From the NCBI GenBank assembly GCA_031835245.2, contig JAVKOQ020000038.1:186001-250000 (forward strand): 64,000 bases of DNA, read 5' to 3'. Below are positions 29,395 to 43,691 of this stretch, piece after piece (the stretch's first letter is position 1; each line of letters begins with the position of its first letter). A model generated the notes under the pieces. It searched no databases and was not told the DNA's origin. It saw only the letters and a list, made by a program, of their open reading frames with translations. The translations under genes and the position numbers were made by a program. Source of the DNA: Balamuthia mandrillaris (Eukaryota).

Positions 29395-32084
29395 TCAGGC
29401 AACAGGCAGAGACCGAAAATAGTCCAACAAAAGAGAGATCCATTCCTCCTTAGGCAGGTTGTGGCTTTGTTGCTTCTGCTTCTCCTTCTTCTTGTTGTTG
29501 TGGCGCGGCTGCTTCTCTGATCTTGCCTCCGTTGTTGTGGTAATTTCCCCGCTTCTACTCTTCCGCCTGCGTTGCACCTCCTCTTTCAACAACCGCACCG
29601 GCAACGCCAACAAACAATCCGTCTGCGCGCCATGTCGCAAAAGCTCCGCCACAAGATTGTCGCTGGGCTCGTTTGTGAGAATGGCAAGAAGAAGAGGTTT
29701 CTTTCCTTTGACAACGTGATCTGGTTCAGCGCCATGGCAGAGCAACACTCGGACAATTGGCAACGCGGCATCTCCGTGCACTGCCAAAAGTTGAAGGATG
29801 GTCTTTTTCTCTCCTTGTGTGCGGTTCGGATTGGCTCCGCTTTGCAGAAGAACTTCCACGCAATCAAGATGAAGAGAGAGGCACGCGGCTACAAGGGGAC
29901 GAGTGGCAGATGTGATTGCAGCAGAGGACGTGGACGTTACTGGTGCTGTCTCTTCTACGTCGGCTCCATGTTCAACTAAGAGTCTGTTTGAAAAAAAAAA
30001 AGGTATTAAGCGTACTACAACAATTCGAATGGAGAAAAGCTAAAGATACAAAAAGAAAGTAGTCTCTACTTGATAACTTCTGGATAGCCACGATCAGCAG
30101 CACGAGATAACACGGTGTGACCAGTATAATAATACGGGACGTTAACCTTAGCGCCAGCTTGCAACAATAACTGTACAACAGCTGTTATGTGCTTCTGTAA
30201 TACGTACGTTGGAAAAAGAAAACTACGTTCAAAAAAAAGACGAGAGAAGCGCTAAACCTTGTTATTTTTTCCGTTTGATTTAGACCAGCCATCCAAGGCA
30301 CATTGCAAAGGTGTTCTGGTTAAACAAGCAGACTGGTTTGGGTCCCATCCCAATTCCAACAATGTTTTTACTGCGGAAGGGCGCCTAAAACAACACGCTT
30401 CATAATTTTCAAACAAGAACAACAATTCAACAAAACTAAATGGAACAAAATAGAGAAAGAAGGAGGGAGAGGGAGAGAGAGGGAGAGAGAGGGAGAGAGA
30501 GGGAGAGAGCAAACCTGTGTGCAAAGGATTAACGCGTGCGAGATCAATTGCACGAGGACGGTGCTTCTCCAGTAAATGGCGAAGTACTGCAGCATTTCCT
30601 TTGCGTGCTGCCAGATCTATTATTTGAGCCATTTCATAAGAGGAAAGGGGATCAGCAGCAGCTAAACACAAGTCCATCATGTCCACATCGCCTCTTTGAA
30701 CGATCACTTTGAGGGTTTTAAATTGTGTTGTCTGATGCATAGCCCGCAGGTTTCCAGCTGATAGCAGCATGTTGAATATTCGTTTTTGCTTAGCTGGAAC
30801 AAGAGCAGATTGGAAGTATGAAGATAAATTCCAAAGGCAATGAGTAAGGTTGGCAAAAGAAGCGAAACAGAAAGAGAAGAAATAACGAAGCAGAAACAGA
30901 CGAGCAAGAAAAAGAAGCGGAATAAGAACTAGAACAAGACGAAGAGGCACAAGACGAAGACAAAAAGAAAAAAACAGAAAGCAACACGAACAAACGTTTT
31001 ACCCCAACAAGCAACCTCGATAGGCGAGTCAAAAGCAAAAGAAGTGAAGCCTCCACCAAGTCTTCCAAAATAAAACAAAAAGCTACGAAACAGCATGTGC
31101 TCTACAATCCGTTCATAGCTTGTAAAGGGCGCCTTTGCTTCATTCACCTCTTCCTCGTCCTTATTTGCTTCTTTCTCCCTCTCTTCCTCGATTTCGTCCT
31201 CGACTAGGAATTCTTCCGTTATCCAAGTGCGCACTTCAGTAAAAGCCTTCATCTTGAATCCGCCTTGACTCGCTGCTATCAAAGCCGCATTCCATTTTCG
31301 ATACAATTCATTTGGAAGTGCTATTCCATGTTTTTGAATCCACTCATCCTCATCTCCTTCCACAAAATGTTCTGGTTTTATCACAGAAACTTCCAGTCTG
31401 TGGAGAACCGCGCGAAAGAGTTCGTAGTCTCCACTGCCGGCAGTGACAGGCAAGTATGCTGCCATTCTTTGTACTTCTGTCGAGGCATGGAGAAGCTTTT
31501 CGTTGTTCCATAACCACCATGCCGCCCGCTTGCAGCTGTGTTTCACTGCTTTTCTGAAAGGATCGTCGTCCATCCAGTAGTTAAAGTCGTTTGAGTCAAC
31601 AACCGGAGGAACAAAGCTGTTGATGAGGTTGCCAAACTCCAGCTTGAGTGTGTCGAGAAGAGAAACATCATCCAAGTTGACGATGCATCGAAAGAGTGGA
31701 AAGACAAAAGAGGGGGAACGTTGCATCTCTTGCGAAATATACTGTCGAAAGTGCTGAATAAGGTATCGTACGGTGGCCACACTGCCTTGGCCACTATTCT
31801 TCCTTTTGCATGCCCAAGCAAAGAGTTGCATTGGATTAAGAGAAAACGTTCCAGCTTTGTTTGCTTTCTCCGCTTGACGGTGAAGAAGGAGGCTGGAACG
31901 AACTTTGACGGACATACCCGTCGTAACTGCTTGATTGACTAGCAAGGAAGTGCTGCCGCTAGACACCTTTTCCCATTGTTTGCAAAGCCGGATGGCTTCC
32001 AGCCGCCAATCTATAGATGTGTAATGAACTGGTTGGCGAAGGAAGAGAACATCGAAGAAAAGAGACGAGAAGCTAGAAGCGAAG

Positions 32085-32126
<42 letters not shown>

Positions 32127-32758
32127 ACGAAAGGAGAAACCTGAAGGAAGACGGTTGGGAGGACCAAACTCGGTGTGTACGATGTAGCGCCAGAGGGGTT
32201 GGTTGTCGCGAAGAAAGTCTCTGGCAACACAACAGGTCTGTTCCAGCACGAGAAGGCTTTTGACGTCAAGGTATTGCATCACGCTTACCAACAGTTCCAC
32301 CGGGAGAACATCTTCAACACATTGTTTTTTTTTTTGGTTTGTGAGAAAAAAGAAGAGACGAAAAACAAAGATGAAGCAAACCAGTTACCCCAGAAGCAGA
32401 AGAGGTCAGGGTCGTAGTTGTCCTCATAGTTGTGGCAGGGCTTTTGAAGGTTCACAACAGCAGTCCACGGCCAGCCCCGTCTTTGCAATGCCCTTCGGCG
32501 GTCGATCCACGCCTGCTTCTGTTTTAGTTGTTGCTCCTTCCGCGCTGCCTCCAGGTAGTTTGTGGCTTGCTCTCTCCGTGCTTGGGCGGAGGCAACTTCA
32601 TCTTCTCCTTCCTCTTCTTTTGCTTCGGGTAGACGCTCCTTGGTGGTGGTGGTGGTGGTCGGTTGTTGTTGTTGACGTGCTAGAACAGTGGCTGCTTTCC
32701 TTTGGCGTTGCCTCTCCAGTCGGGTCCTGCTCTTCTTGCTGTTGGCTTTCTTCTTCAT
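29395..32758 (-). CDS. F-box plus ankyrin-repeat protein, multi-exon (start uncertain, could be 32950)
   Basis: F-box LPVELLVSVMQYLDVKSLLVLEQTC. Ankyrin-like AARKGNAAVLRHLL, VKTLLELGWDPN...TPLQCA, VEVLLQSGANPN, LLCHGAEPD, ELLRHGA. Confidence 0.75.
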
Positions 32759-33416
32759 TTGCGCCGCTACTCTCCTCCTCTTTATTTTTCCCACTGGCAC
32801 AGAAGAAGGGGGGCTTTTTTTTTTTTGGCTGGTTTGTTTTCTATCGCTGAGAGGGAGAGGGAGAGTGCAAGCGGGCAGTGTCCCCCGCTTTGCAACAAGC
32901 TCGATTGGTACTCCCTCCCCAACAGGGATTGTGGGAAGCGGCCCTCCCATGTGCCATTGCAGGAGCGCTCATGATGGCTTGCACAATGGCCAACGAGGCA
33001 GGCAGGAGCAGCGAAGAGAGTGTTGGAAATTTTCAGTGCGGTGGTCGGGTCTCGAACCGATGTTCCGCGGGTGAAAAACAGCCGAAAAACACCGTGCCGA
33101 CAGTAATAGCTTACAGCTGGGAAGAAAGCGGAAAAAGAAGAAACACCCAAGGTGAAATAAGTGAAAGCCGTAGGCCTTATTTTTGTATCAAAAAAAATAA
33201 TCTCGTAGAGATTACAAGCGAGAGCTTTTCCTCTCTCTCTCTCTCATTGTTATTTTTAGGTCTTTTTTTTTTTCGGTACTGGAAAAAAAAATCCTATTCT
33301 TCTTCTTCCAAAATTTTTTTTGTCTGGTTCGTTCGTTTTAAACCCACCGATCGCAACAGTAACAGCGAACATCAGAGAGCCGAACCTGCAAGCTTGAAAG
33401 AAGCAAACCTTCGAAA

Positions 33417-35513
33417 ATGCAAAAGCTGTTGGCCCTGAAAGCCAAGGCGAAGGAGGAGGCGGCCGCTGCCGCCGTGGCCGCTGCCGCCGCCCGCGGCACC
33501 TCCAACCTCGGCGACAACCTCAACCTCAACATCGACGCCGAGGAGATCGAGCTGCACGAGAAGCTCGGGGACGGCCGCTTCGGCGAGGTCTGGAAGGGCT
33601 CCGTCTACGCCCTGAACGTGGCCGTGAAGATCCCCTACGTGCAGGACCTGGAGGGCGAGGCCCTGGAGCGGTTCAAGCAGCAGCTCTCGGTGATGAACAC
33701 CCCCCACCCCAATACCGTGCTCTACATGGGAGCCTGCAGCGAGCCCGGCCGCTTTCGCATCGTTACCGAGCTGATGGATGGAAACCTTAGAGTACGTTTG
33801 GTCTTTTCTTTCTTTGGGAGGAGGAGGGAGACAAACTCAAACCACTAAAACAAAAAATAACAGAGACTGCTTCGTTCGCACCAACGGCTGAGCCTTTATG
33901 AAAAGATGGACATGGCACGCTGCGCTGCCCTCGCGCTTACATGGTTGCATTGCTTCAGCGATCCACCTATTATTCATGGCAACCTCACAACCTCCAACTT
34001 GCTTTACAACATGGTCCCTTCTTCCTTCCTTCATTCTTCTTCCTTCTTTCTCCTTCTTTCTTCTCCTCTCTCCTCAAAGACTGATTGAAGCTGTTAGTCG
34101 GGAAACAAATTCACCGACATTAAGTTAACTGGCTTTGGTCTCAGTCAGATAAACCAGTCTGACACGCTGCGCTGTCATGCCCCAGAGGTGTTGGGAGGCT
34201 CTCCCGCTGACGAAAAGAGCGATGTCTACAGCTTCGGTTTGGTGCTGTGGGAGTTTTTGACTCACTTGGAGCCGTTCTCTCAGCTCACGAACGAACAGTT
34301 TGTGGAGGTGGTGTTGAACCGCAACGAGAGGCCTCCAATCCCTTCCAACTGCCCTGCTGTTCTGCGTACGCTCATTGAGGAGTGTTGGCAACCTGATCCC
34401 AAAAAGAGGTATTCTATCCTCAATTACCAAAGCTCTTCCCCACTCTCTCTCTCTCTCTCTCTGCCTCATTTTCTTCCTTTCTGTTTATGGTGTTTTGTTT
34501 TTCTTTGCTGCTGTATTCGCTGCATGTTGTTTGTTTTGCTCACTCGTTTATCTCGCAAAGACCGAACTTTAAGGAAATAGCCGAACGGATGGACGTAGTG
34601 GTAGTTCACTCTGCTATCTCTGATGCCGTAGGCAGAAGTTTTTGGGAACGTTATTTTTTGAAAGAGGGAGAAGTGAACAGCAAAACATTTTTCCGGAAGC
34701 TATACAGGTAACGCTACTTATTCTCTTCTTTGACTCGTCTTTGCCCTTTCTTCTTCTGCTAATTCTCTTTTGTATTTCTCTTATCTCCTTTCTTGCGTCT
34801 TCTCTCTAGTCACTACCGAAAGCCACTACCTAAAGACACAGCACCAATGGAGGTTATTTCTCCTTACCTCACTCTATTTGGTACCTCTACGGAGCGTCCC
34901 ACAAAGAAACCAGCCAACGAGCTTCGCAACAAAGCGCCTCTCACCAAAGAGGCACTAATGGAGCTGTACAAGTTGAGAGGCTTGAAAGCATTGCTCGTGC
35001 AGTTGGACTCCACGAAGCAAAACTCAGTGGTCAGTGTGGAAAGGTTTGGAAAGATTTTGGAGTGGTTTGGTCCTTTGCTCGAGGACAACTTGGACACATT
35101 CTTGGACCGCGTACGCTTTTTCTTCGCAATGTGTTGTTTGCCCTTTTCTGACCCATAACCACGCATAACAACAAAAAAAGATACACTTGGTCCTCACACA
35201 ACCATGGTTCCACGGCGCCATAGAAACCGCTGAAGCAGAGCGGCGGCTATCAGACCAGCCGCAGGGCACCTTCCTGGTGCGCTTCAGCAACAATCCGGAC
35301 CATCCAGGAGCCTACACCATCTCTCGGGTGACCACCCCTCAGCTCTCCATAGGGCACATCCGCATCACGCATGCTCCTGGCCAGGGCTTCAGCATCAACG
35401 ACGAGCGAGACTATCCCTCGCTGGGAGCGTTGGTGCAGGACCTGCAGAGCGCGGGACATCTGAGAACGGCTTGCTTGGGCTCCAAGTATCTCAGCCTCTT
35501 CAACCTGGAATGA
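33417..35513 (+). CDS. Shk-type TKL kinase-fold protein with C-terminal SH2 domain, predicted pseudokinase
   Basis: LGDGRFGEVW, VAVK, HPNTVLYMG, IIHGNLTTSNLL, KLTGFGLS, APEV, DVYSFGLVLWE, CWQPDPKKRP. SH2: WFHG...GTFLVRFS...AYTIS. Confidence 0.85.
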
Positions 35514-35893
35514 GATATAGAGACACCCCAGATGGAATGATGAGATTGGGAGAATGAACAACAAAGAGAGAAGGAAGGAAGGATCGTTGCTAAGGAATGA
35601 TCACGCTGAGTGAACTGTGGGGAGAATGAAAGAAAGGTTTTGTAAGCTTAACTTGCTATGGATGGCTTTGGGCGGCACTTCCTCTTCCAGAGCTCTCTTC
35701 TCTCTGAGAGAAAGTGAGAGACCAACAATAAGACTTTACGTCAGTTTTCACCTAAGAAAGAAAGTACTTACATCATTTTTACAGCACAAATCCTGCTGCT
35801 TTTGAGCACCGTGACTTATTTTTTTGTGTAGCAGAGAAGAGAAGGGAGGAAAGAGAGAGAAGGGATCAAATCCTCTCCCACACACACCACAAC

Positions 35894-38800
35894 ATGGCCG
35901 ACGACTTGCTTGGGCGGTATGCTGAGGGAGGGGGCTCGCAGCTGATTCCCACCACGCGGGTGTTCTTCAAGAAGACCAAGCGCGGCAAGATCGCGCGCCT
36001 CGTCCGGGAGCACTACCTGCGTTTCAGCAGGGAGGAGGTGGAGAGGGAGCAGCTCTTCCCCGTTTCCATGGCCGTGCGCTCCGCTTTGTTGGGCAGCTTT
36101 TTCCCGCTGCAGAGGCAGGAGGCCGACATCGCTCAAGGGCAGCAACAGGAGGCCACGGCCGAGTTGCTGGCGGAGGGACTGCCGCGTCACTACGTTATTC
36201 CAGATGTGGAGACCACTAAGCATTTCTTGGAGCTGTTTGAGTTTGACCACCGCCTCACTGACATCATATGGCTGGGCACTGTGCTTCATGAGGTCATCTC
36301 TCTTTGCCATCCATTCTCTTTTACTCTGTGCTGTCTTGTGCTGTCATCCTCTCGTCTCCTCAGTTCTCTTGTTCTCGCTCTATGTTGTGCCCTTCTCGCT
36401 TCCCTGCCTTTCTGCTCTCTTGCTGTTCTCTTCTCTTCTCTTCTCTGCTCTGATTCTTGTCCCGTTCTCGCTCTTGCTTTCGCTCTCTGTGCTCTCTTCT
36501 CTTTATTGTGGTTATTGCCCTTCTCCAACTGTAAATGATATGCTGTCTGTTAGATGCGAGAGGCTTCCCAACGAGCATATAACCGCTTAAGGTTTCTCTC
36601 CTGCCGACAATATTTGTCTTCTGAGCACGATGGTTTTTGTTGCTAACTGGCATTGCCTTTAATCAACTGTAGAGCGGTGGTAGGTGATCCACGACACCGT
36701 GGAATGGTGTTCCAAAATGAACACTTCGCAGAAACATGGGTACCTCGGCTCGATACCGAGACTCCAACCCAGCGAAACCAACGAGGTTCTTCTTCTTGCT
36801 TTTGCCACTTTCGTGCTCTCTTATATCTTCCAATGGTTGCTCATTATGCTTTCTCATACAGCTATAAGAAAAGCAGTGGAATGGGTACAGGACTTTATAC
36901 AACGCGAATGGGAGAGAACTACCGTCCTACAACAACAAAACAAAGCCATTCAAGAAATGGAAGCAGGCAACAAAGACGACGGGGAAGTAGAAGTTGAAGA
37001 AGAGGAAGGAAAGGGAGAAAGGAAAAAGAAGCGAAGAGGGAGAAGAGGAAAGAAGAAGCTAACAGCAGATCAAACGCTGACCGTCATGCCGCAAGTCATT
37101 GTGCTAACTCAGTCAAAAGATTTGGTTCTAGTTGAAGAAAAAGGAACGACAGTGGTTGGTGGTTCTTTGATCTCTCAGAACAAAGCAACAGAGTCAAACG
37201 TGAAATGTATGACCTGTCAAGAATATGTGGATAGCTTCTTTGCTGATGATGTACAGTTAAAAGAGCTTTGCGACTCATTGACCCAACTGTTGCTATTGGG
37301 AGAAGACCGGTCCAGTGATAAGGATCTTGCTGGAAAGGGCTATGAAGAGGTTCATTCTACGTTCCTATGCTCTTTCTTCTCTTTACTCTTTTGGGTTTTC
37401 GTTCACATATGTTGATAACATATTGTTGCAGTATCGCGCTGATGATGTGTTGGAAGCAGAGCTCAAATCAGGAGCTATATGGAGAGGAACGTTGAGAGTC
37501 AGCACTCACAACAATGCTGAAGCCTACGTCCGCACAAATGACCATTCAGGCCTATCTTCCGACATTCTCATACAAGGCAAAGCCAACATGAATCGTGCCA
37601 TTCACGGTGATCTCGTTGCGGTGGAACTGTTTCCTCGTGAACGATGGGCTGCTCCTTCTGTGACGTTACGACGACAGGGATCAGGTCAAGGTCAGGACCA
37701 GGAGGAGGCAGGGGTGGAACAAGGAGATGATGCAACAACGACCGGCCGGTCGAGGAAAGTGTTTCCTACGGGCAAAGTGGTTGGCATATTCCAGCGAAAT
37801 TGGCGGCCGTAAGTTCCCTTCTTCCTCTTCGACTTTATGCTATTTTACTCAGTTTTTGTTCTTTTTATCTGCATCAGTTACGTAGTAACATTGCAATTAG
37901 AGCACGGCGAAAACTCGTCTGCTTCAGAAAAACTAGATAAAGAAGATAGTGCAACGTCACAAAGTTCTGCAACACAAGCTGTGTTATGCATACCAATGGA
38001 TTACAAGATCCCTAAGATACGCATCCGTACTCGCAATACCGAGTTTTTGAAAGATCAACGCTTTATTGTAGCTATTGACAGTTGGGAAAAGGATTCCTTG
38101 TATGTTTTTCACTTTCGTTCTTCAGTATTCTTTGATTTCCGTCTTTCATATTCTCATCTCTGCTGAACCTAGCTATCCGAATGGACATTATGTGCTCTCG
38201 TTGGGTCCTATTGGTGACTTGGAAACGGAGACAGCAGCACTGCTAACTGAAAACTCGGTGTCTGCTCCTCCGTTCCCTGCTGCCATCCTGAATTCACTGC
38301 CCTCATTGACTGGCCCCGACGCTTGGGCCGTTACTGAAGAAGATGTGGCTTCTCGGCGTGATATAAGAGGTTCTCTCTACTCTCATCTCTGTATTGTACT
38401 CTTTCTTTTTTCCTCGTATCTGTTATCCAACTTTTTTATCTGTCTGCAATATAGAGTCGCACCGTGTGTATAGCATTGATCCTTTAGGTTGTCAAGACAT
38501 TGATGATGCGTTATCAGTTCGGTTTTTGAACGACGGAAAAATCGAAATTGGCGTTCGTATCCTTTTGCTACTTGCCACAGGGAAAAATGAAAAGTCGAGG
38601 CATCTCGGAACCTTTCTTCTTTATCTCTTTAATCACCATTTCGTGGAAAGAAATATTCTTTAACTCGGTATCAACACGTTAACAGATATTGCCGATGTAA
38701 CACACTTTGTGCCACACAACTCGTTGTTGGATATTGAAGCCAGGGCTCGTGGCACCAGCGTTTATCTTGCTGATCGTCGCTTGGACATGTTGCCATCCGT

Positions 38801-41606
38801 TCTCAGTGAACATATCCTTTTTCAATCTTGCTCTTTCTTTATCTTCCTACTTCTCCAACTCTTTAATATTGTTCGTCACGTTATTTCCTTGACTCCTTTG
38901 CACAGCTGTGTTCTCTAAGAGGAGGCCAAGACCGATTTGCAGTTTCTGTTTTGTGGACCTTTGCATCCGACTTTCAAACAGTACACAACTCATTTCTTGC
39001 ATATACGCTTTTCTGAACATTCAAACTCACTTTTGGTTTTCCAACAACTAAGGTGGAACGAACTTGGTTTGGAAGAACCATCATCCGTTCTTGTCACGAG
39101 TTTCATTATGAACTTTGCCAAAGTATCCTTGATGAAGCGTTGAGTGAGAGTGAAAGAGAAAAGCTTCCTGATTACGATTTGCTTCGCAAGGAGTTGCTTG
39201 TATTGCTTGAAGTGTCCAGCAAGATGCAGGTTTTCTTCTTCTTTTTTTTCTTCCTTTGGAATCTGTTGATTTAAATTCTGTTTGCTGTTTGTTCTTTAAT
39301 AGCGAAAACGAACAAGACAGGGTGCACTGATACTCGCCAGCACTGAAGCCAAATTTGAGCTCAGCGAAACTCGCTCTCCAACTTCCATTCATATCCTTTT
39401 CCGTCACTTTTCTATTTTGTGTTCCTCTTTCCTTTCTGTTTGCTTTCTTTAACTCTTTCGCACTGGCAAAGAAAGAGCTTCCTGTACATGACTTAGTCGC
39501 TGAGTTCATGATTCTGGCCAATCAATATGTCGCCGAGCAGATTTACTCAGCCTATCCAGATGCTGCGCTGCTGCGTCGCCATCCCTTTCCTCGCAATTCC
39601 AAAAAGTTTCAAGAACTTATAGAAGCTGCGGAGGCACGTGGCTTCCACATTGACACCACTTCCAATAAGACGTTGGCTCGTTCCTTGGATGCTGCTGTTG
39701 TGCCGGAAGATCCCAGTGTAAATCGCTTGCTTCGTCAATTAGCAACTAAAGCTATGGAAGAAGCACAGTAAGTTATTTTACTTTTTTCAGTTTTTAGACC
39801 AAAGTGTTGCTTACATTGGCTCTTTTTCTCTCTTTATCTCTCTCCTTCTCTCTCTCTCTTTCCAGATATGTATCAACTGGATCTTATGATATTCATGATT
39901 TGTATCATCATGGATTGGCTCTTAACATGTATACACATTTTACGTACGTTGCTTTCTATTCTCTCTCCTCTCTCTCATGTACTAATTATCCACACATTTC
40001 TCTTTTGTTGCCATAAAATGAACATATAACAGCTCCCCTATTCGGCGTTATGCAGGTAAATAGGATTTCACGAAACAGCAAGTAATGCACATTTGACTAA
40101 CATGTGGTTTTTGTTTTCCCTCTACAAAAGACGTGATAGTGCATAGACAACTTCTGGGAAGCTTGATAAGGCCAACTAAAGCTCCGGCCTACTTCAACGA
40201 CGAGAAGCTGGAAGAAATCGCGCAGCATATCAACAAAAAGCACCGCAATGCCAAGCATGCTTCTAAAGATTCCTCTGAACTGTTCAAGACCATGTACTTC
40301 AAGCAAACCCCAGACAACGTAACTATTATTCTTGCTTCCTTTTTTTTTTCTCTTTCTCTCTCTCAACTTCTTACTATTTGTTCTCTTTCTGTTCTGTTTT
40401 TCTTTTCTCTCCTAAAGCTGGTGGATGGCATTATCTATCAAATGAAAGCAAACGGATTTGTGGTAGCCATCCCGAGATACGGCCTCAAAGGAGCAGTCTA
40501 CCTGCGCGACAAAGACGGCCAACTTATCGTTCCCTCAAACGCTCTCTCCTTGTCTCCCACTGCTTACACCTCTGATCTTCGCATCGTCGACTATCGTTTC
40601 GAGCCAACGCAACAAAGCATTCTTCTTAAAGTCACCTCTGCAAAGGAACCACAACAACAGTTGGTAGGCGTTCATTTGTTTGATCACGTCACGTTGCATG
40701 TTGTTGTAGATGAGAGCAGAGCGCATCGTCCCTCCGTCAAGTTGGAGCTGGTTCACTTTGGAATGGATCCAAAGCTGAAGGAGGAAGCGGCCAAGCAATA
40801 TGCTGCAGGTGGCGGTACTCGTGTCAACACCACCAAAGCCGTTTTGGAACACCAGAAGGAATTGGCCGCTGCCGCCGCCGCCGCTACAGGTTCGTTCTCT
40901 CTTCTCTTTCGTCATTTCACCTCTCACTTTCCCTTTTCTCCTTTCACTTTCTCTTCTAACTTGTAAAACAGATGAAAGCGATGAGGAGGAGGGTACCTCA
41001 TTGATAGCACCTACTTTTAGGGTACATTCCATTTACGTTTCTTTTTCATCTCTCTCTCTCTCCCCTCTCTCCTCTCCTCCCTCCTGTTCCTTATCTCATT
41101 TTTCCTTTGAACCAACATTTGTTTAAAAGACGAGAAAGATGGTAACGAGCCGAAAACTGCTGAAGGAACTGGAATCCTACAAACAAACCAAAGAGGAGGA
41201 CAGTCTCTACGCGTTATGCCAACGCCTTATACTGGCTTCTCCTTCAAAAACAGAAGCAATAGCCACAAAAGCCGGAGGAGATGAAAGCGACAAAGAGGAA
41301 GAGGAAAAAGAAAGAGAAACAGCAAAACTAGCAGCGAGCGAAGGAGGAAGGGGCAGGGGGAGAGGAGCAAGAGGAGGAAGGGGTGGAGGCAGAGGAGGGG
41401 GAACGAAGAAACCAACAACAGAAACAACGAGAAGGAGGGAGGAAGACTTGGTGGTGCGAAGATGGAGACCGGAGCAGCTGAGGAAGGAGAGAAGCTGGTA
41501 CAAGAACGTGCATGGCTACCACGAAGTCGTTGTGGAGGACGAGAACGATGCCTACTCTTCGCAAGCTACCATCGTGGAGGCTTATCACTGGGATGGCGCT
41601 TATTAA
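35894..41606 (+). CDS. DIS3L: DIS3-like (DIS3L) RNase II/RNB exoribonuclease with a degenerate PIN domain, multi-exon
   Basis: [87 protein letters not shown] motif RNDRAIR appears as RNQRAIR. Confidence 0.85.
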
Positions 41607-41974
41607 CCGGTTCGTTCAAAAAGAAACAAACCAAGGAGCAAAAAAAAAACAAAGAGTTGCTCTAGACATGAGAGCGGTAGATAGACAGGAGATACGACGA
41701 GAGAGCGGAAATTTGGGCAGAAATTCGAGGAAACCAAACCAAATATAACAGCAAAGCAAAAAAAAACAAAAGAAGAAGGCAGAAAAAAAAAAACGGTTGC
41801 GAGTGCAGGCCTGGTGGTGTGCTTTGATCTTTTTCTCTCTCCGTGTAGTAGTAGTAGTTGGTAAGTAAAAGTTCACTCTTGTCTTTCTTCCAATAGTTTT
41901 TTTTTTTTTGAAGATTGATTATTATACAATTTGGTAGTGGTAGCTCCGGGTCTCAAACAATCTTGAAGGAGAAG

Positions 41975-43091
41975 ATGCAGTCGGCGGCAAGAGGTCCTTT
42001 GCAGCAAGCGGTCCGATACGCGCACACGGTGCCGCCTCCAGGAAACTCCGAAAACAACCGCCTTCAGCTCCGAAATCTCTCGGTGGACTTGAACGAGTGG
42101 TCCGAAGAACTAATTCCTTTTGTTTTCGAGGAGTCCGTATTTCTTCTGCCTCTTTTGCTCTCCTCCTCCTCGCTTCTTCTGCATCTCGTTCTTCTTGTTC
42201 TTGTTCTTCTTCTTTCTTCTTTCTTCTTCTTTTTGTTCGTCTTGTATTTATTTTCTGATCTTCTGCTGCCTCTGCTTCCTTCCTCGCCCATTCGTTTTCT
42301 CTTTTGTAAAAAGTCTTGGGGTTGGCAATCCAATTCTCCGGGGCATGTGCACCGACCCAGAGGTAATCGGCTCCATAGCGCGAGCCTTCCATAGGCAACT
42401 AACCAGCCTGCCAACCGTCACCACACGTTCCTCGGTGAGGCTCATCTTGGCTGGCTCTCAGCCTGCCCTTGACTTTGCAATGCCGAACAACGCTGAGGAA
42501 CAAGAAGGTGAAGAGGAGCAAGGGAGGCGCGTGCAGGTTCATCGCCATCGCTACTTCATCCCGATGAGCGGTCAACGCGCGAGGCTTATTTTGCCATTTG
42601 ATGAAGAGGTGCAAGAGTTTGGTGCTCATGCCAACTCGTTCTCTTCTCGACAGAACAACCAGACCGATAGCAACAGAACAGAAGAAGAGGAGGAGGAAGA
42701 AGCAGAAGAGAATGGTTTCACAACCTTTCGAAGCCCTCAACTAAGGAATGCAGCTGAAGGTAAAGAGAAAAAGAAAGATAAAGAACGAGCAAATAGTGGT
42801 GACATGGAACAACTTTCGTCTGCCTTGGCAAAAGCGAGGTCATCGGCAGACCCTCACGCCCCAAACGCTGAAGGCAGTGGCAATCCCCCCAAAGAGACGA
42901 ACACAAAGGGGTCAAGGGTGACGGAGAAGAGATTCGTCAACGTCGTAACTTCCCTGGTCCTGCTGGTATTTATCTACAAGCAATGCCCTTGGGATACCTA
43001 CAAGTTTTGCTGTGTTGACTTTATGGAGAATCTTAGCCCTGAGATGATCCGATTCCTTGAGGAGCCTCCTGTTACCGTCGAGGCTAACTAG
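41975..43091 (+). CDS. Hypothetical protein (probably 2 exons)
   Basis: ATG 41975 exon, pyrimidine-rich intron ~42133-42312, then long ORF to TAG 43091; no recognisable family. Confidence 0.55.
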
Positions 43092-43691
43092 GTTTTGCGT
43101 CTGCCCATTCTCTTTTATCACTCTCCAGTATTGTTTATAGACTTTGTTTCATCTTCCTTTTTTTTTTTTCTTTTTTTTTAGCATCGTCTTTTACCAGCCT
43201 TTGTGCTTAACCATTGCATTCAACCAAAGAAGCCGCTGTAGAGGAGTTGTTGCGTATGCAAATGCTTGCCCATCTCCAAGTTTTGTCCGCCAATGTCCGC
43301 TACATCTATTGGAAAAGAAGCTAAGGCTCCTTCCCGTTCCTCTTCAACTTTTTTTTTGCAGAGCATCGGATGTCGTACACCACATCGATTCTGTACGGCC
43401 AGCGGTTACGGAGGACTTTGAGATTGGCAAGCATGTGCACGCTCAACTCCTCCATAGTGGCTCACGAGAACGTACTTTGCCGCCTTTGGTACTTCTTCTG
43501 TGTCCTCACGTTCGTCGCAAGAGATCAAGAGAAGAATGAGGAGATATGACAGATGAGGAGAAGAGGCAGTAATCACAAGCTGTTGTTTTGTCCTGTTTTT
43601 GTTCAAATACTTCCTGTCTTTCAAAAACATTGCCCTTTGTGGTTGCTTTGAGAGGAAGAAAGGAATGTTCCATCATTTTACGTTCCTGTGC

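Noticed and set aside
43320..43455. Short minus-strand ORF MEELSVHML...KEP
   Set aside because: 44 codons, no recognisable homology or splice support.
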